Of a stretch of DNA of 64,000 nucleotides, positions 36,758-46,621 are shown in pieces. The notes below the pieces were generated by a model, which was given only the letters and a program-made list of their open reading frames with translations, was not told the origin of the DNA and did not search any database. Numbering within the stretch: position 1 is the stretch's first letter; each line of letters opens with the position of its first letter. Made by a program: the position numbers and the translations under genes. This DNA comes from Cellvibrionales bacterium (GTDB taxonomy: Bacteria; Pseudomonadota; Gammaproteobacteria; Pseudomonadales; UBA7434): assembly GCA_042090785.1 (NCBI GenBank), contig JBELIP010000001.1, positions 370,796-434,795 on the forward strand, in the 5' to 3' direction.

Positions 36758-38491
36758 ATGCAAAAACCGATAATCAGAGTTTTATTGATCAATGCGCATA
36801 GCGATCAATATGTAGAAATGGCTAAGTTGCTTGACGCCATTTCTGTGTCTGATTATGAAATGACTTGGTGTGCCGATTATGCCTATGCGCTTGAGGCCAT
36901 GTTAGCGCCGATTCATGATGTTATCTTACTTGATTATGAGCACGCTCCGGATGTATGCGAAGAGTTACTTCGCTCAGCCAGTGCTCATGGTTGCACAACC
37001 CCCATCTTATGTCTGACTGCTAAGGCCAACCTTAAACTTGATCGCGCTGCGATTAAAGCGGGTGCAGCCGATTATTTAGTCAAAGACCGTCTGGATGAAG
37101 ATGTTATTGAGCGAACTATTCGCTACGCCATTGATCGCAAAAACGCCGAGACTGAGCTAGCTCGATTAGCTCATTACGATGCGCTCACAGGCATTCCCAA
37201 CCGCCTGTTATTTAATGACCGCTTAGATCGTGCTTTACAACGTGCTGATCGTGGCGACTCACCGTTTGCATTACTGTATTTAGACCTTGATGGTTTCAAA
37301 GCCGTTAATGATGCTTATGGTCATGATATGGGTGATAAGCTGGTTCAAGGCATCGCCGAGCGACTAAGCCAGTGCATTCGTCGAACCGATTCGGTAGCAC
37401 GTATTGGTGGCGATGAATTTACCGTATTACTTGAAAAAACAACTTCTACCAATGACACGGTAATCATTGCGCAAAAAATTATTGATGTTATTACCGAGCC
37501 ATTTGATATTAATGGCCAGCAATTGCGTGTGGGTAGCAGTATTGGTATTGCGGTTTATCCTGAAGCAGGCCGTGATGCATCAACGTTAATTAAGCATGCT
37601 GATATGGCAATGTATGAAGCCAAGGCAATGCAGGGTTCTAATTACCGCTTTTTTACGGCCAAAATGAATAGCGAAGCGGTTGATCAAAGTCGCTTAGATT
37701 TAGAACTACGCGCAGCAATTAGCAATGATGAATTCTCTTTATTCTTTCAGCCGCGCGTCTCTTTGCGCACTGGAAAAATTGTCGGTGTTGAAGCGCTGTT
37801 AAGATGGCACCATCCTGAACGTGGTGTTTTACTGCCAGGCGAATTTATTCAAACAGCCAAGCAATTAGGTTTGCTTGAGCCTATTGGCTATTGGGTGCTT
37901 AACCGCTTATGTCTTGATATTGCAAAAATGGATGAAATGAAAATTCCACCATTGCGCGTTTCATTGAATGTCGCACACGACCAATTTATGGCGCCGAATT
38001 TTGTTAGCACGGTAGAATCTATTTTAAGCAGTATGAATGTTAATGCCTCACGTTTTGAATTTGAATTAGCTGAATCGGCAGTTGTTGCTAACTTAGATGA
38101 TATTGCCGACGATATGATCTTGCTTGAAAAACAAGGTGTTCGTTTTGCCTTAGATGGTTTTGGTACGGGTTACTCTTCGTTACCTCAATTGCAAAAGTTA
38201 CCTATTACGACATTAAAGCTCGACAAGAGCTATGTGCAAAAGGTAACAAGCGACCCTGATTGTGCCAGCATTGTTCGAGCAATGATTTATATGGCGCATG
38301 GCCTTGAGCTAACAGTGGTTGGTGAAGGTGTTGAGACAGAAGAGCAAAAAACATTTTTGGTTGAGAACCGCTGTGACCATTTGCAAGGCTTTTTCTATAG
38401 TGAGCCATTATCGTTTACAGACTTTACCAAACTACTAAGCAGCGAAGGTGTGACTTCACGACGTTCTTATTTATCCGTCGTAGATAAATAG
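36758..38491 (+). CDS. response-regulator receiver + GGDEF + EAL protein
   Basis: 577 aa. It has a REC-like N-terminus, a GGDEF domain (RIGGDEF) and an EAL domain (EALLRW...DGFGTGYSS...KLDKSY). Confidence 0.85.
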   Translation: MQKPIIRVLLINAHSDQYVEMAKLLDAISVSDYEMTWCADYAYALEAMLAPIHDVILLDYEHAPDVCEELLRSASAHGCTTPILCLTAKANLKLDRAAIKAGAADYLVKDRLDEDVIERTIRYAIDRKNAETELARLAHYDALTGIPNRLLFNDRLDRALQRADRGDSPFALLYLDLDGFKAVNDAYGHDMGDKLVQGIAERLSQCIRRTDSVARIGGDEFTVLLEKTTSTNDTVIIAQKIIDVITEPFDINGQQLRVGSSIGIAVYPEAGRDASTLIKHADMAMYEAKAMQGSNYRFFTAKMNSEAVDQSRLDLELRAAISNDEFSLFFQPRVSLRTGKIVGVEALLRWHHPERGVLLPGEFIQTAKQLGLLEPIGYWVLNRLCLDIAKMDEMKIPPLRVSLNVAHDQFMAPNFVSTVESILSSMNVNASRFEFELAESAVVANLDDIADDMILLEKQGVRFALDGFGTGYSSLPQLQKLPITTLKLDKSYVQKVTSDPDCASIVRAMIYMAHGLELTVVGEGVETEEQKTFLVENRCDHLQGFFYSEPLSFTDFTKLLSSEGVTSRRSYLSVVDK

Positions 38492-38570
38492 ATAGATATT
38501 CTTCACTTTCAATAGTCCTCCTAATATATTTTTCCTCTAAATATCGTTAAACCTCTTTCGGCATCAACCA

Positions 38571-40097
38571 CTATATTTTTTTATCCAACTGCCTATACGC
38601 AAGCGCCTCTTTTAAGTGAGATATTTGCACTTGAGATTGTTCTTTACTCAGTGTGCTATCAATATATTCTAAATCGGCAATCGTGCGACCAATTCTCAGT
38701 AGTCGATGAAACGCGCGAGCAGATAGACCGAGCTTTTCTATCGCCATGCTCAGCCATTCAATAGCATCTACTTTTATCCAACCATCATCAATCAGTTCGC
38801 GTGAAGACAGTTGGGCATTAATTTTTTTACGGCTGTTAGCTTGTTGTTGCTGCGCTTTTAGTACGCGGTTACGAATACAGCGACTCGTTTCATTAACTTG
38901 CGTTTTCTGCATCATCATATTTGCAGGTAAGCGATTAACACTAACATGTAAGTCTATTCTATCGAGCAGCGGCCCCGACAATTTAGCACGATAACGCTGT
39001 ATTTGGTTTGGCGAGCAGCTGCAGTTTTGTCGTGTGTCGCCAAAAAAACCGCAAGGGCAGGGATTCATTGCCGCGACTAATTGAAATTCTGCTGGGTATT
39101 CCACCTGCTGAGTGGCGCGCGAAATAGTAATGCGACCAGACTCAATAGGCTCTCGCAGTACCTCCAACACTTTACGATCAAACTCCGGTAGCTCATCTAA
39201 AAATAAAATACCTTTATGGGCGAGTGAAATTTCTCCTGCTTTAGGGTTGCTACCACCACCCACCATTGCAACCGCTGATGCAGTATGGTGAGGGTTACGA
39301 AAAGGTCGCTGCCGCCACTCAGAAATAGTATTTTCTTTACCGACCAGTGAATTAATAGCTGCCACCTCAATTGCAGACGCTTCACTTAACGGCGGTGAAA
39401 TACTAATAAGCCTTGATGCCAGCATCGTTTTACCTGTGCCCGGTGGGCCAATAAAAATAAGGTTGTGGCCGCCGGCTGCAGCAATTTCTAACGCACGTTT
39501 AGCTTGTGGTTGCCCTGCAACATCAGACATATCAAAAGCGTTAGTTTGGTATTGCTTAGGTTTTTCTTTTGTCGTTAGTTCAAGTGGTTTGTTATTATTT
39601 AAATGTGCACAGACTTCCAGAATGTGATGCGCAACGATAGTTTTGGTTTGCAAGGGCAGTGCGGCTTCACTGCGATTAGCTGCTGGGACTAAGGACGTAC
39701 GATTAGGGTCGGCAGCAATTAAGGCAGGAATTAATCCAGTGGCATAGCGCAACTCGCCAGAAAGTGACAGTTCGCCAATAAATTCATATTGCGAGAGTTG
39801 TTCTTTAGATAGTTGATCTGAAGCTGCCAATATACCCAGTGCAATAGCAAGGTCGAATCGGCTACCTTCTTTGGGTAAATCGGCGGGCGCTAAATTGACG
39901 GTAATTCTTTTAGAAGGAAAATCAAAATGTGAGTTGATAATTGCGCTTCTCACTCTATCGCGACTTTCTCTTACTGCCGCCTCAGGTAAACCTACAATAG
40001 TGAAAGCGGGTAGGCCATTAGACAAGTGTATTTCTACGCTAACAAGCGGTGCATCGATGCCAAGATTGGCGCGTGAGTAAGTCAGTGCAAGAGCCAT
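38571..40097 (-). CDS. comM: Mg-chelatase-like AAA+ protein YifB/ComM
   Basis: 508 aa. It has a Lon-like N-terminal domain, the Walker A motif GPPGTGKT, and the Cys cluster CPCGFFGD...CSC. Confidence 0.88.
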   Translation of the reverse strand: MALALTYSRANLGIDAPLVSVEIHLSNGLPAFTIVGLPEAAVRESRDRVRSAIINSHFDFPSKRITVNLAPADLPKEGSRFDLAIALGILAASDQLSKEQLSQYEFIGELSLSGELRYATGLIPALIAADPNRTSLVPAANRSEAALPLQTKTIVAHHILEVCAHLNNNKPLELTTKEKPKQYQTNAFDMSDVAGQPQAKRALEIAAAGGHNLIFIGPPGTGKTMLASRLISISPPLSEASAIEVAAINSLVGKENTISEWRQRPFRNPHHTASAVAMVGGGSNPKAGEISLAHKGILFLDELPEFDRKVLEVLREPIESGRITISRATQQVEYPAEFQLVAAMNPCPCGFFGDTRQNCSCSPNQIQRYRAKLSGPLLDRIDLHVSVNRLPANMMMQKTQVNETSRCIRNRVLKAQQQQANSRKKINAQLSSRELIDDGWIKVDAIEWLSMAIEKLGLSARAFHRLLRIGRTIADLEYIDSTLSKEQSQVQISHLKEALAYRQLDKKI

Positions 40098-40177
40098 AAT
40101 TTTTCATCCTTGAAAAATAACATTGTTTAAAACTTCAAGCGCGCAAACCATCCATGGTTAACGCGAGTAAACGATGA

Positions 40178-40423
40178 TTAATCGTTTACGTTTTTAAGAG
40201 CATCGAGTTCAGCTTCAAGTGCAGCTGTTTTTTCTTGTAGTCTAGCCAATAAGGTAAGGTGGCGATCAAATTCTTCGCGAGTCACTAAATCAAGCTTGCT
40301 AAAACTAGCTTCGACCAAGGGACGCAAATTATCTTCAAACTCTGCGCGGACTTTGGCAGCGTTAGTAGGTAATAAATTAGCGGCTTGTTTTAAAAAGTCA
40401 CTGACGGCAAATTTTTCTGTCAT
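40178..40423 (-). CDS. ubiK: ubiquinone biosynthesis accessory factor UbiK (YqiC/BMFP family)
   Basis: 81 aa. LDLVTREEFD...L..LE coiled coil, as in E. coli UbiK. It is divergent from glnK, as in Pseudomonas. Confidence 0.75.
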   Translation of the reverse strand: MTEKFAVSDFLKQAANLLPTNAAKVRAEFEDNLRPLVEASFSKLDLVTREEFDRHLTLLARLQEKTAALEAELDALKNVND

Positions 40424-40664
40424 GGTATTAACTTCTTTATATCGGTACTAACTAATGGCTAGGTAATGGCTAATATAGTATTTCAATAACTATCAAAATG
40501 CACCATTGCATGGCAGCTTTCTTTTAAAACGCCATGTGTTTTCTACAAAACACAAATTACCCTCCCCAAAACACAGCAGTTTACTCTCAAAACAGTGTTA
40601 TTGAGTGTGTTACCAAATACGCACTCAATGGTTCAAAGCTTGGCGCACCAAGCAAGGATTTTTG

Positions 40665-40681
40665 CGCACTTAACTGGTGCG
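40665..40681. promoter_or_regulatory. NtrC-like site cGCACttaactgGTGCg
   Basis: GCAC-N7-GTGC core with the consensus spacing, about 85 bp upstream of the glnK sigma-54 promoter. Confidence 0.5.
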
Positions 40682-40765
40682 AAAGCGAGATAGTAAATAA
40701 AGCAAATTCATACACTTGATGCAAAAATAATTGTAAGTAGTTGTTTAGGTTCGTTTTTTTATATT

Positions 40766-40781
40766 TGGCACGCCGCATGCA
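40766..40781 (+). promoter_or_regulatory. sigma-54 promoter of glnK-amtB
   Basis: TGGCACGCCGCATGCA compared with TGGCACG-N4-TTGCA, with exact GG/GC spacing. It lies about 94 nt upstream of the glnK ATG. Confidence 0.8.
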
Positions 40782-40832
40782 GAAGCATAGGCAAACGAAT
40801 TTATTTTTTCGCTCTAAAAATAGGTCGTGTAA

Positions 40833-41213
<381 letters not shown>

Positions 41214-41268
41214 GCTTTTAAGTCTTGTTACGCGATTGAATATAAAAAGTTATTGAGAGGTAAATAAC

Positions 41269-42522
41269 GTGGAAAACAATATTTTTGAACTCCAGTATGC
41301 AATGGACACATTTTATTTTCTAATATGTGGTGCACTGGTAATGTGGATGGCCGCTGGCTTTGCGATGTTAGAAGCAGGCTTAGTACGTGCCAAAAATACA
41401 ACTGAAATTCTTACCAAGAACGTCGCGTTGTTTGCGATTGCTTCTACTATGTATCTCATTTGTGGTTATGAGATTATGTATGATGGTGGTTTCTTCTTAA
41501 GCGGCACTGCTGGTGCGGTTGATTCGGCGGCAGTACTTGCTGCATCTGCTGAAGCAGGTTTTGCAGACATGGGTGAATACTCAGGTGCATCGGACTTCTT
41601 CTTCCAGGTTGTGTTTGTAGCAACAGCTATGTCAATTGTATCGGGCGCGGTTGCAGAGCGAATGAAGCTTTGGGCCTTTTTAGCGTTTGCTGTAGTGATG
41701 ACAGGTTTTATCTACCCAGTTGAAGGTAGCTGGACTTGGAATGGCGACGCGGTTCCATTTATCGGCGAGCTTTCTTATTCCGATTACGCGGGTTCTGGTA
41801 TTGTTCACATGGCCGGTGCAGCTGCTGCATTAGCGGGTGTGTTAGTACTAGGTGCACGTAAAGGCAAATACGCAGCAGACGGTAGTGTTCAAGCTATCCC
41901 TGGTGCTAACTTACCTTTAGCAACTTTAGGTACTTTCATCTTATGGATGGGTTGGTTCGGCTTTAACGGCGGTTCAACGTTGAAATTAGGTGGCATTGAA
42001 GTCGCTAACGAAGTAGCGAACGTATTCTTGAATACTAACGCTGCCGCGTCGGGTGGTTTAATTGCTGCATTAATCGTTGCACGTTTTGCCTTTGGTAAAG
42101 CAGATTTAACAATGGCACTTAATGGCGCGCTTGCGGGTCTAGTTGCTATTACTGCTGATCCAGCGAGTCCTTCACCATTAATGGCTACAATCATTGGCGG
42201 CATCGGTGGCATCATCGTTGTGGGCAGCATTGTATTCTTAGATAAGATTAAAATTGATGATCCTGTTGGCGCTATCTCGGTCCACGGTGTTGTTGGTCTT
42301 TGGGGCGTGTTCGCGGTATTAATCTCTAATAGCGATGCTACCTTTATGGGTCAGTTAGTTGGCGCATTGGTCATCTTTGTTTGGGTCTTCGTGACTAGCT
42401 TAATTACTTGGAGCATTATCAAGGCAATTATGGGTGTTCGAGTAAGTGAAGAGGAAGAGTACGAAGGTGTTGATATCTCTGAGTGTGGTATGGAAGCCTA
42501 TCCTGAGTTTGGCACTAAGTAA
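41269..42522 (+). CDS. amtB: ammonium transporter AmtB
   Basis: 417 aa with a GTG start. It is a polytopic Amt family protein (FAMLEAGLVR, HGVVGLWG). Confidence 0.92.
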   Translation: MENNIFELQYAMDTFYFLICGALVMWMAAGFAMLEAGLVRAKNTTEILTKNVALFAIASTMYLICGYEIMYDGGFFLSGTAGAVDSAAVLAASAEAGFADMGEYSGASDFFFQVVFVATAMSIVSGAVAERMKLWAFLAFAVVMTGFIYPVEGSWTWNGDAVPFIGELSYSDYAGSGIVHMAGAAAALAGVLVLGARKGKYAADGSVQAIPGANLPLATLGTFILWMGWFGFNGGSTLKLGGIEVANEVANVFLNTNAAASGGLIAALIVARFAFGKADLTMALNGALAGLVAITADPASPSPLMATIIGGIGGIIVVGSIVFLDKIKIDDPVGAISVHGVVGLWGVFAVLISNSDATFMGQLVGALVIFVWVFVTSLITWSIIKAIMGVRVSEEEEYEGVDISECGMEAYPEFGTK

Positions 42523-42577
42523 GCTATAGGTTTTATTAATAATAATTTATTAGTAAATCTTATTGATAGTTTTGAAA

Positions 42578-42606
42578 GAGGGGGCGCTTAATGCGTCCCT
42601 TTTTTT
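42578..42606 (+). terminator. rho-independent terminator after amtB
   Basis: GGGGCGC-ttaat-GCGTCCC (one G-U pair) followed by a T7 run. Confidence 0.75.
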
Positions 42607-42617
42607 GTGTTTATTTA

Positions 42618-42700
42618 GGGTCAAGGTCAAAAGCATCGGGCCACCCCCGGCGCTTTTGACCTTGACCTTGATCTTGACCTAGCCCTGATCTTGAACTTAA
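42618..42700. repeat. palindromic REP-like element (best copy), followed by CTTGA(C/A)C hexamer reiterations
   Basis: GGTCAAGGTCAAAAGC (42618-42633) and GCTTTTGACCTTGACC (42651-42666) form a perfect 16-bp inverted repeat around atCGGGccaccCCCGgc. This is followed by ttgatcttgacctagccctgatcttgaactt. Confidence 0.8.
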
Positions 42701-42911
42701 CCCAAACAAAAAAGCGCCCCGTTATTGTGCATTAATCTAGCGAAACACCGAACCGAACAAAAAAGCATCGTTAAAATGCTCCTCTAAAGAAAAGTTCAGC
42801 AAAATTGCGTACATGCACAGCTACATAGCTTGCCATTTTTTCAATGAACCAGTACCTTATAGGTTAATGCTGCATGAATATGTGCAGGTATAATTAGAAT
42901 TTAGGAGCTAG

Positions 42912-43253
<342 letters not shown>

Positions 43254-43275
43254 CAATAAACATTCTTAATGTTTT

Positions 43276-43301
43276 AAAAGGCCGCTTTTGCGGCCTTTTT
43301 T
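43276..43301 (+). terminator. rho-independent terminator after the second P-II gene
   Basis: aaaa-GGCCGC-tttt-GCGGCC-tttttt. Confidence 0.85.
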
Positions 43302-43719
43302 ATATCTGCTTTACCCTTAAATAATTAAGCCAAAACAACAAGCCAAAACAACAAGCTAAGGCAGGTAGTTAGACAGCAGTCATTAACACCTATTCAGCAC
43401 ACTCAAGCCCATTATATAAACAGACCATCGGTGGTTGTAAACCGAGCTATCGTCCAGTTTACAACCAGCATATTACCTTCCGAAATAACCATGAGAAATA
43501 ATGCCGTTTTTCTATTAGTGGTTACCCAAAGTGCTAAACACAAGATCTTGTGGTGTTTCGCTAACTACTACGCAATCCTTAAAAACCAATGCTTTTCTAG
43601 CAAAATAACCATGGCGCTTTCGCTATTCTTAGCTATAAATATACATACTAAATTTCTCAGCAATGCTGGGGCTTGTATCTTTTAGCTATTCAAATAGCGT
43701 CTATAAAGAGAGACTTATC

Positions 43720-43983
43720 GTGAAAAAAACAGCAGTAAAAAAAACGCAAACCGGACAATCAAAAAGTGATTCAGCGGCAGCCGTTGATTTGGGTTTTATT
43801 GGCTCTAAAGATGAAGTGGCTGAAACGCGTAATACAGCAAGCCGCGAACGTGTTCGCTCTTTATTAGATGACGAAGTAGCGAAATTTTTAAGTAGCGGCG
43901 GTAAGATTAGTAACGTTGCGCCAAATGTAATGGGCGACCCACCACGCAAGCCCGAAAGTAATTACGGCAGCCGACCTATTTAA
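43720..43983 (+). CDS. SutA-like small RNAP-associated protein (tentative)
   Basis: I trimmed the start to the GTG at 43720, after AAGAGAG. The C-terminus LSSGGKISNVAPNVMGDPPRKPESNYGSRPI resembles, from memory, the SutA C-terminal tail. Its position between amtB and yigB-xerC matches P. aeruginosa. Confidence 0.45.
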   Translation: MKKTAVKKTQTGQSKSDSAAAVDLGFIGSKDEVAETRNTASRERVRSLLDDEVAKFLSSGGKISNVAPNVMGDPPRKPESNYGSRPI

Positions 43984-44768
43984 ACGAGATTTATTAACGC
44001 TGTTGGTAAATCATTAATATGGCTGATAATTGCATCAGCCTCTATCTCCTCAGATTGCTCTGTCACATCCTTTTCTTTTTCATCGTTTTTATCCGTATTT
44101 AATAATGCTGACATTTTCATGCAGTGATGTTTTGGCATATGACCATCTAACCATATGGCTTTGAACTGCGCGCGCTTTGCGCCGACTACATCGCATAAAA
44201 AGTCATCACCGACATGTGCCACTTCAGAGGGCTGCAAGCGTTGGTCGAGTAGTTTTTCAATACGTGCTAATGCGGTGTCAAAAATAAGACCGTCAGGTTT
44301 GCTTGAATTAATATGCTCAGCAGATAACGCAAAAGAAAAAAAGCGACCAATAGACGTTTGGTTCACATCGGCATTGCCGTTGCTTATAGTGCCTAATACA
44401 TAGTTTTTACTTAACTCGGTGAGTAGCTCTTCAACGCCTTCATAACAGTTTACTTTTTGCCTTAATTGATAGTGAATTTGAAAGGCTTGCTCGGCGAGCT
44501 CTGTTGCTTCTTGTTCAGAATAATTACTGCTCATTGCTAACGCTTTAATAGCGGCTATGCGTACCTGACTAATTTGGTTTTTAAAACGCTCATCTGTCCT
44601 GAAAAGTTTAAAGCGAAATTCGGATATAGCATCAAGGCTAAATTTATCAGTTAACGGTTTGGCATGAGTGCTGAGCCATTGATAGGTTTCGATTTCTGCG
44701 TGCTTTAATGTTGGCTTTAAGGGCCATAAGGTGTCGTCTAAATCGAAGGTAATGGCTTTAACTGGCAT
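43980..44768 (-). CDS. yigB: HAD hydrolase, YigB-like
   Basis: 262 aa. HAD motif I is ITFDLDDTLW. It lies downstream of xerC, as in E. coli, and has an acidic C-terminal extension. Confidence 0.7.
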   Translation of the reverse strand: MPVKAITFDLDDTLWPLKPTLKHAEIETYQWLSTHAKPLTDKFSLDAISEFRFKLFRTDERFKNQISQVRIAAIKALAMSSNYSEQEATELAEQAFQIHYQLRQKVNCYEGVEELLTELSKNYVLGTISNGNADVNQTSIGRFFSFALSAEHINSSKPDGLIFDTALARIEKLLDQRLQPSEVAHVGDDFLCDVVGAKRAQFKAIWLDGHMPKHHCMKMSALLNTDKNDEKEKDVTEQSEEIEADAIISHINDLPTALINLV

Positions 44769-45819
44769 TGTCGTCGTCGCTATTGTTCGCTGTGCTTAAT
44801 TCCGGGTCTAATGGCTCAGCCGTTCGCTGAGCTCTAGGGTGAGCATCGTCATAAACGCTGGCTAGGTGCTGGAAATCTAGGTGGGTATAAATTTGTGTGG
44901 TCGATAAATTAGCATGCCCCAGCAACTCTTGAACGGCACGTAAGTCGCCGCTGGACTCAAGCATATGACTTGCAAACGAGTGTCTAAGCATGTGAGGGTG
45001 CAAATTTTGTTGCTGATCTAAATGCTGTGTGGCCACCTTTAGACGTTGTTGAATAGCACGGTGCGAAAGACGTGTGCCGCGTGTACTTACAAAGAGTGCT
45101 GTTTCTTCAGCGGTCGCCATTGTCGAGCGCTCGGTGAGCCAATATTTTATTGCGTTAATAGCGGCCTTGCCAAGCGGCATAATGCGTTGTTTATTACCTT
45201 TGCCGGTAACGGTTATTAACGGTTTGGCTTGGCTTAGGTCAATATCGTGAACATTGAGTGACGCTAATTCGGCTAACCGTAGCCCTGCTGCATAAAAGGT
45301 TTCCATAATGGCTTTGTCGCGAATGGCCAGTTTGCTGTCGGCGTCGGAAGTGCTTTTTGTTACTGTTGATTTTGCCGGTCTTGTGAGTGCGTTATCAAGC
45401 AGTCCTTTCACTTGATCAACATCCATAGTCACTGGCAGTTTTTTATTCGCTTTAGGTGCTCTTATACCGTCTGCAGGATTGTGATCGCCAGCTAAAGACT
45501 GGCCATCTATATGTTGATTAGTGAAATTAAAAAAACTGCGAATACATGACAATTTTCGTTGAATTGATTTAGGTGCTAAGCCTTGACGATGCAAACGAGC
45601 GGTATATTGTCGTATCCACTCACCATCAATGCTGCTTAGCGTTTGGCGTTCGGATGCTTCGCAATACTGGCAAAAATGATTAAGATCAGCTTGGTAGGCG
45701 GCAACGGTATGCGATGATAAACGGCGGACAGATGTTAGATATTCGATAAATAATACGCTAGCAGTATTAAGCGCGTCTTTCGCTAATGACGATTGTTTTA
45801 TCGACGATGTGTCAGGCAT
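44758..45819 (-). CDS. xerC: tyrosine recombinase XerC
   Basis: 353 aa with the catalytic R...HxLRHSFA...LGHANLSTTQIYTH motifs. The dapF-yigA-xerC-yigB context fits. It is longer than usual because of a linker insertion and an acidic C-terminal tail. Confidence 0.88.
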   Translation of the reverse strand: MPDTSSIKQSSLAKDALNTASVLFIEYLTSVRRLSSHTVAAYQADLNHFCQYCEASERQTLSSIDGEWIRQYTARLHRQGLAPKSIQRKLSCIRSFFNFTNQHIDGQSLAGDHNPADGIRAPKANKKLPVTMDVDQVKGLLDNALTRPAKSTVTKSTSDADSKLAIRDKAIMETFYAAGLRLAELASLNVHDIDLSQAKPLITVTGKGNKQRIMPLGKAAINAIKYWLTERSTMATAEETALFVSTRGTRLSHRAIQQRLKVATQHLDQQQNLHPHMLRHSFASHMLESSGDLRAVQELLGHANLSTTQIYTHLDFQHLASVYDDAHPRAQRTAEPLDPELSTANNSDDDNAS

Positions 45820-45868
45820 GGCGCGATGAACACAATTATAATAAAGGTTACTGTCATAACGTTAGCCA

Positions 45869-46621
45869 TTAGGCTAGCTGCTTTTTAACTAACGCAGCGA
45901 GTATGTCGCAAAGGTAGTCGAGGAATAGTGTGCCCGTGTCGCTGTTGTAGTGGTCGGCGTTGTGATGAGCAACAGCAAGCATAACAGTTATGTTGTTGTT
46001 ATTGTTGCTGCTGTTGTTAATGTTGGTGCGTTCAATTTTTTTAGCCGCAATAGCGGCCGACCCCACGGCAAACTTTGTATCGTTAAAAATAAAGTCTGCT
46101 TCTGTCTCTCGTAGAGTGCCACACAGTGACTGGCTATTGTCGAGTATGCCAGAAATTTTATCTTCGGCATCGGTTGTATTTTGAATAAATTTTTTGTCTA
46201 TGGTTTGTTTATATTCAAGGCTATCATCGGCCAACAACATAACGCTAGCAGATTCGACACCAAAATTTTTATGCAACTGAGTTTCAAGCAATGTGAAAAT
46301 AGCATTAAGTGAATCAGCATTAATAAGGTCGATCACTAACGACTGTGTAGTGTTTAAAAGGGTGTCGTTTTCTTTAGCGGCTTCAATGAGCTCGCCGAGC
46401 TTGTGCCGAGTTTGTATGCCGCGCTCTCTAAGTATTGCCACTTGTCGCTCAATTAATGACGTTGCATTACCACTATGATGCGGCAACGTCATGTCAGCTA
46501 AAACATTTGGATGGCGACGAAAGAAGTCGGGGTTATTAATAAGATAGTCGGCAACAGTTTCGTCAGATAGTGGGTTGCTTGCTGGCTTTTCATTGCTCAT
46601 AGTTATAGTCGCTGAACTCAT
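45869..46621 (-). CDS. yigA: DUF484 protein YigA
   Basis: 250 aa with a conserved position between dapF and xerC. It contains an Asn-rich insertion (NNSSNNNNN). Confidence 0.7.
   Translation of the reverse strand: MSSATITMSNEKPASNPLSDETVADYLINNPDFFRRHPNVLADMTLPHHSGNATSLIERQVAILRERGIQTRHKLGELIEAAKENDTLLNTTQSLVIDLINADSLNAIFTLLETQLHKNFGVESASVMLLADDSLEYKQTIDKKFIQNTTDAEDKISGILDNSQSLCGTLRETEADFIFNDTKFAVGSAAIAAKKIERTNINNSSNNNNNITVMLAVAHHNADHYNSDTGTLFLDYLCDILAALVKKQLA

Noticed and set aside
40534-40778. Overlapping 61- and 63-aa ORFs in the ubiK-glnK spacer.
   Set aside because: They overlap each other on opposite strands and cover the NtrC site and sigma-54 promoter region. The translations are low-complexity.
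43431-43685. An 84-aa GTG-start ORF upstream of the sutA-like gene.
   Set aside because: It has no RBS, it spans several inverted and direct repeats, and its composition is odd and hydrophobic. It is more likely non-coding.
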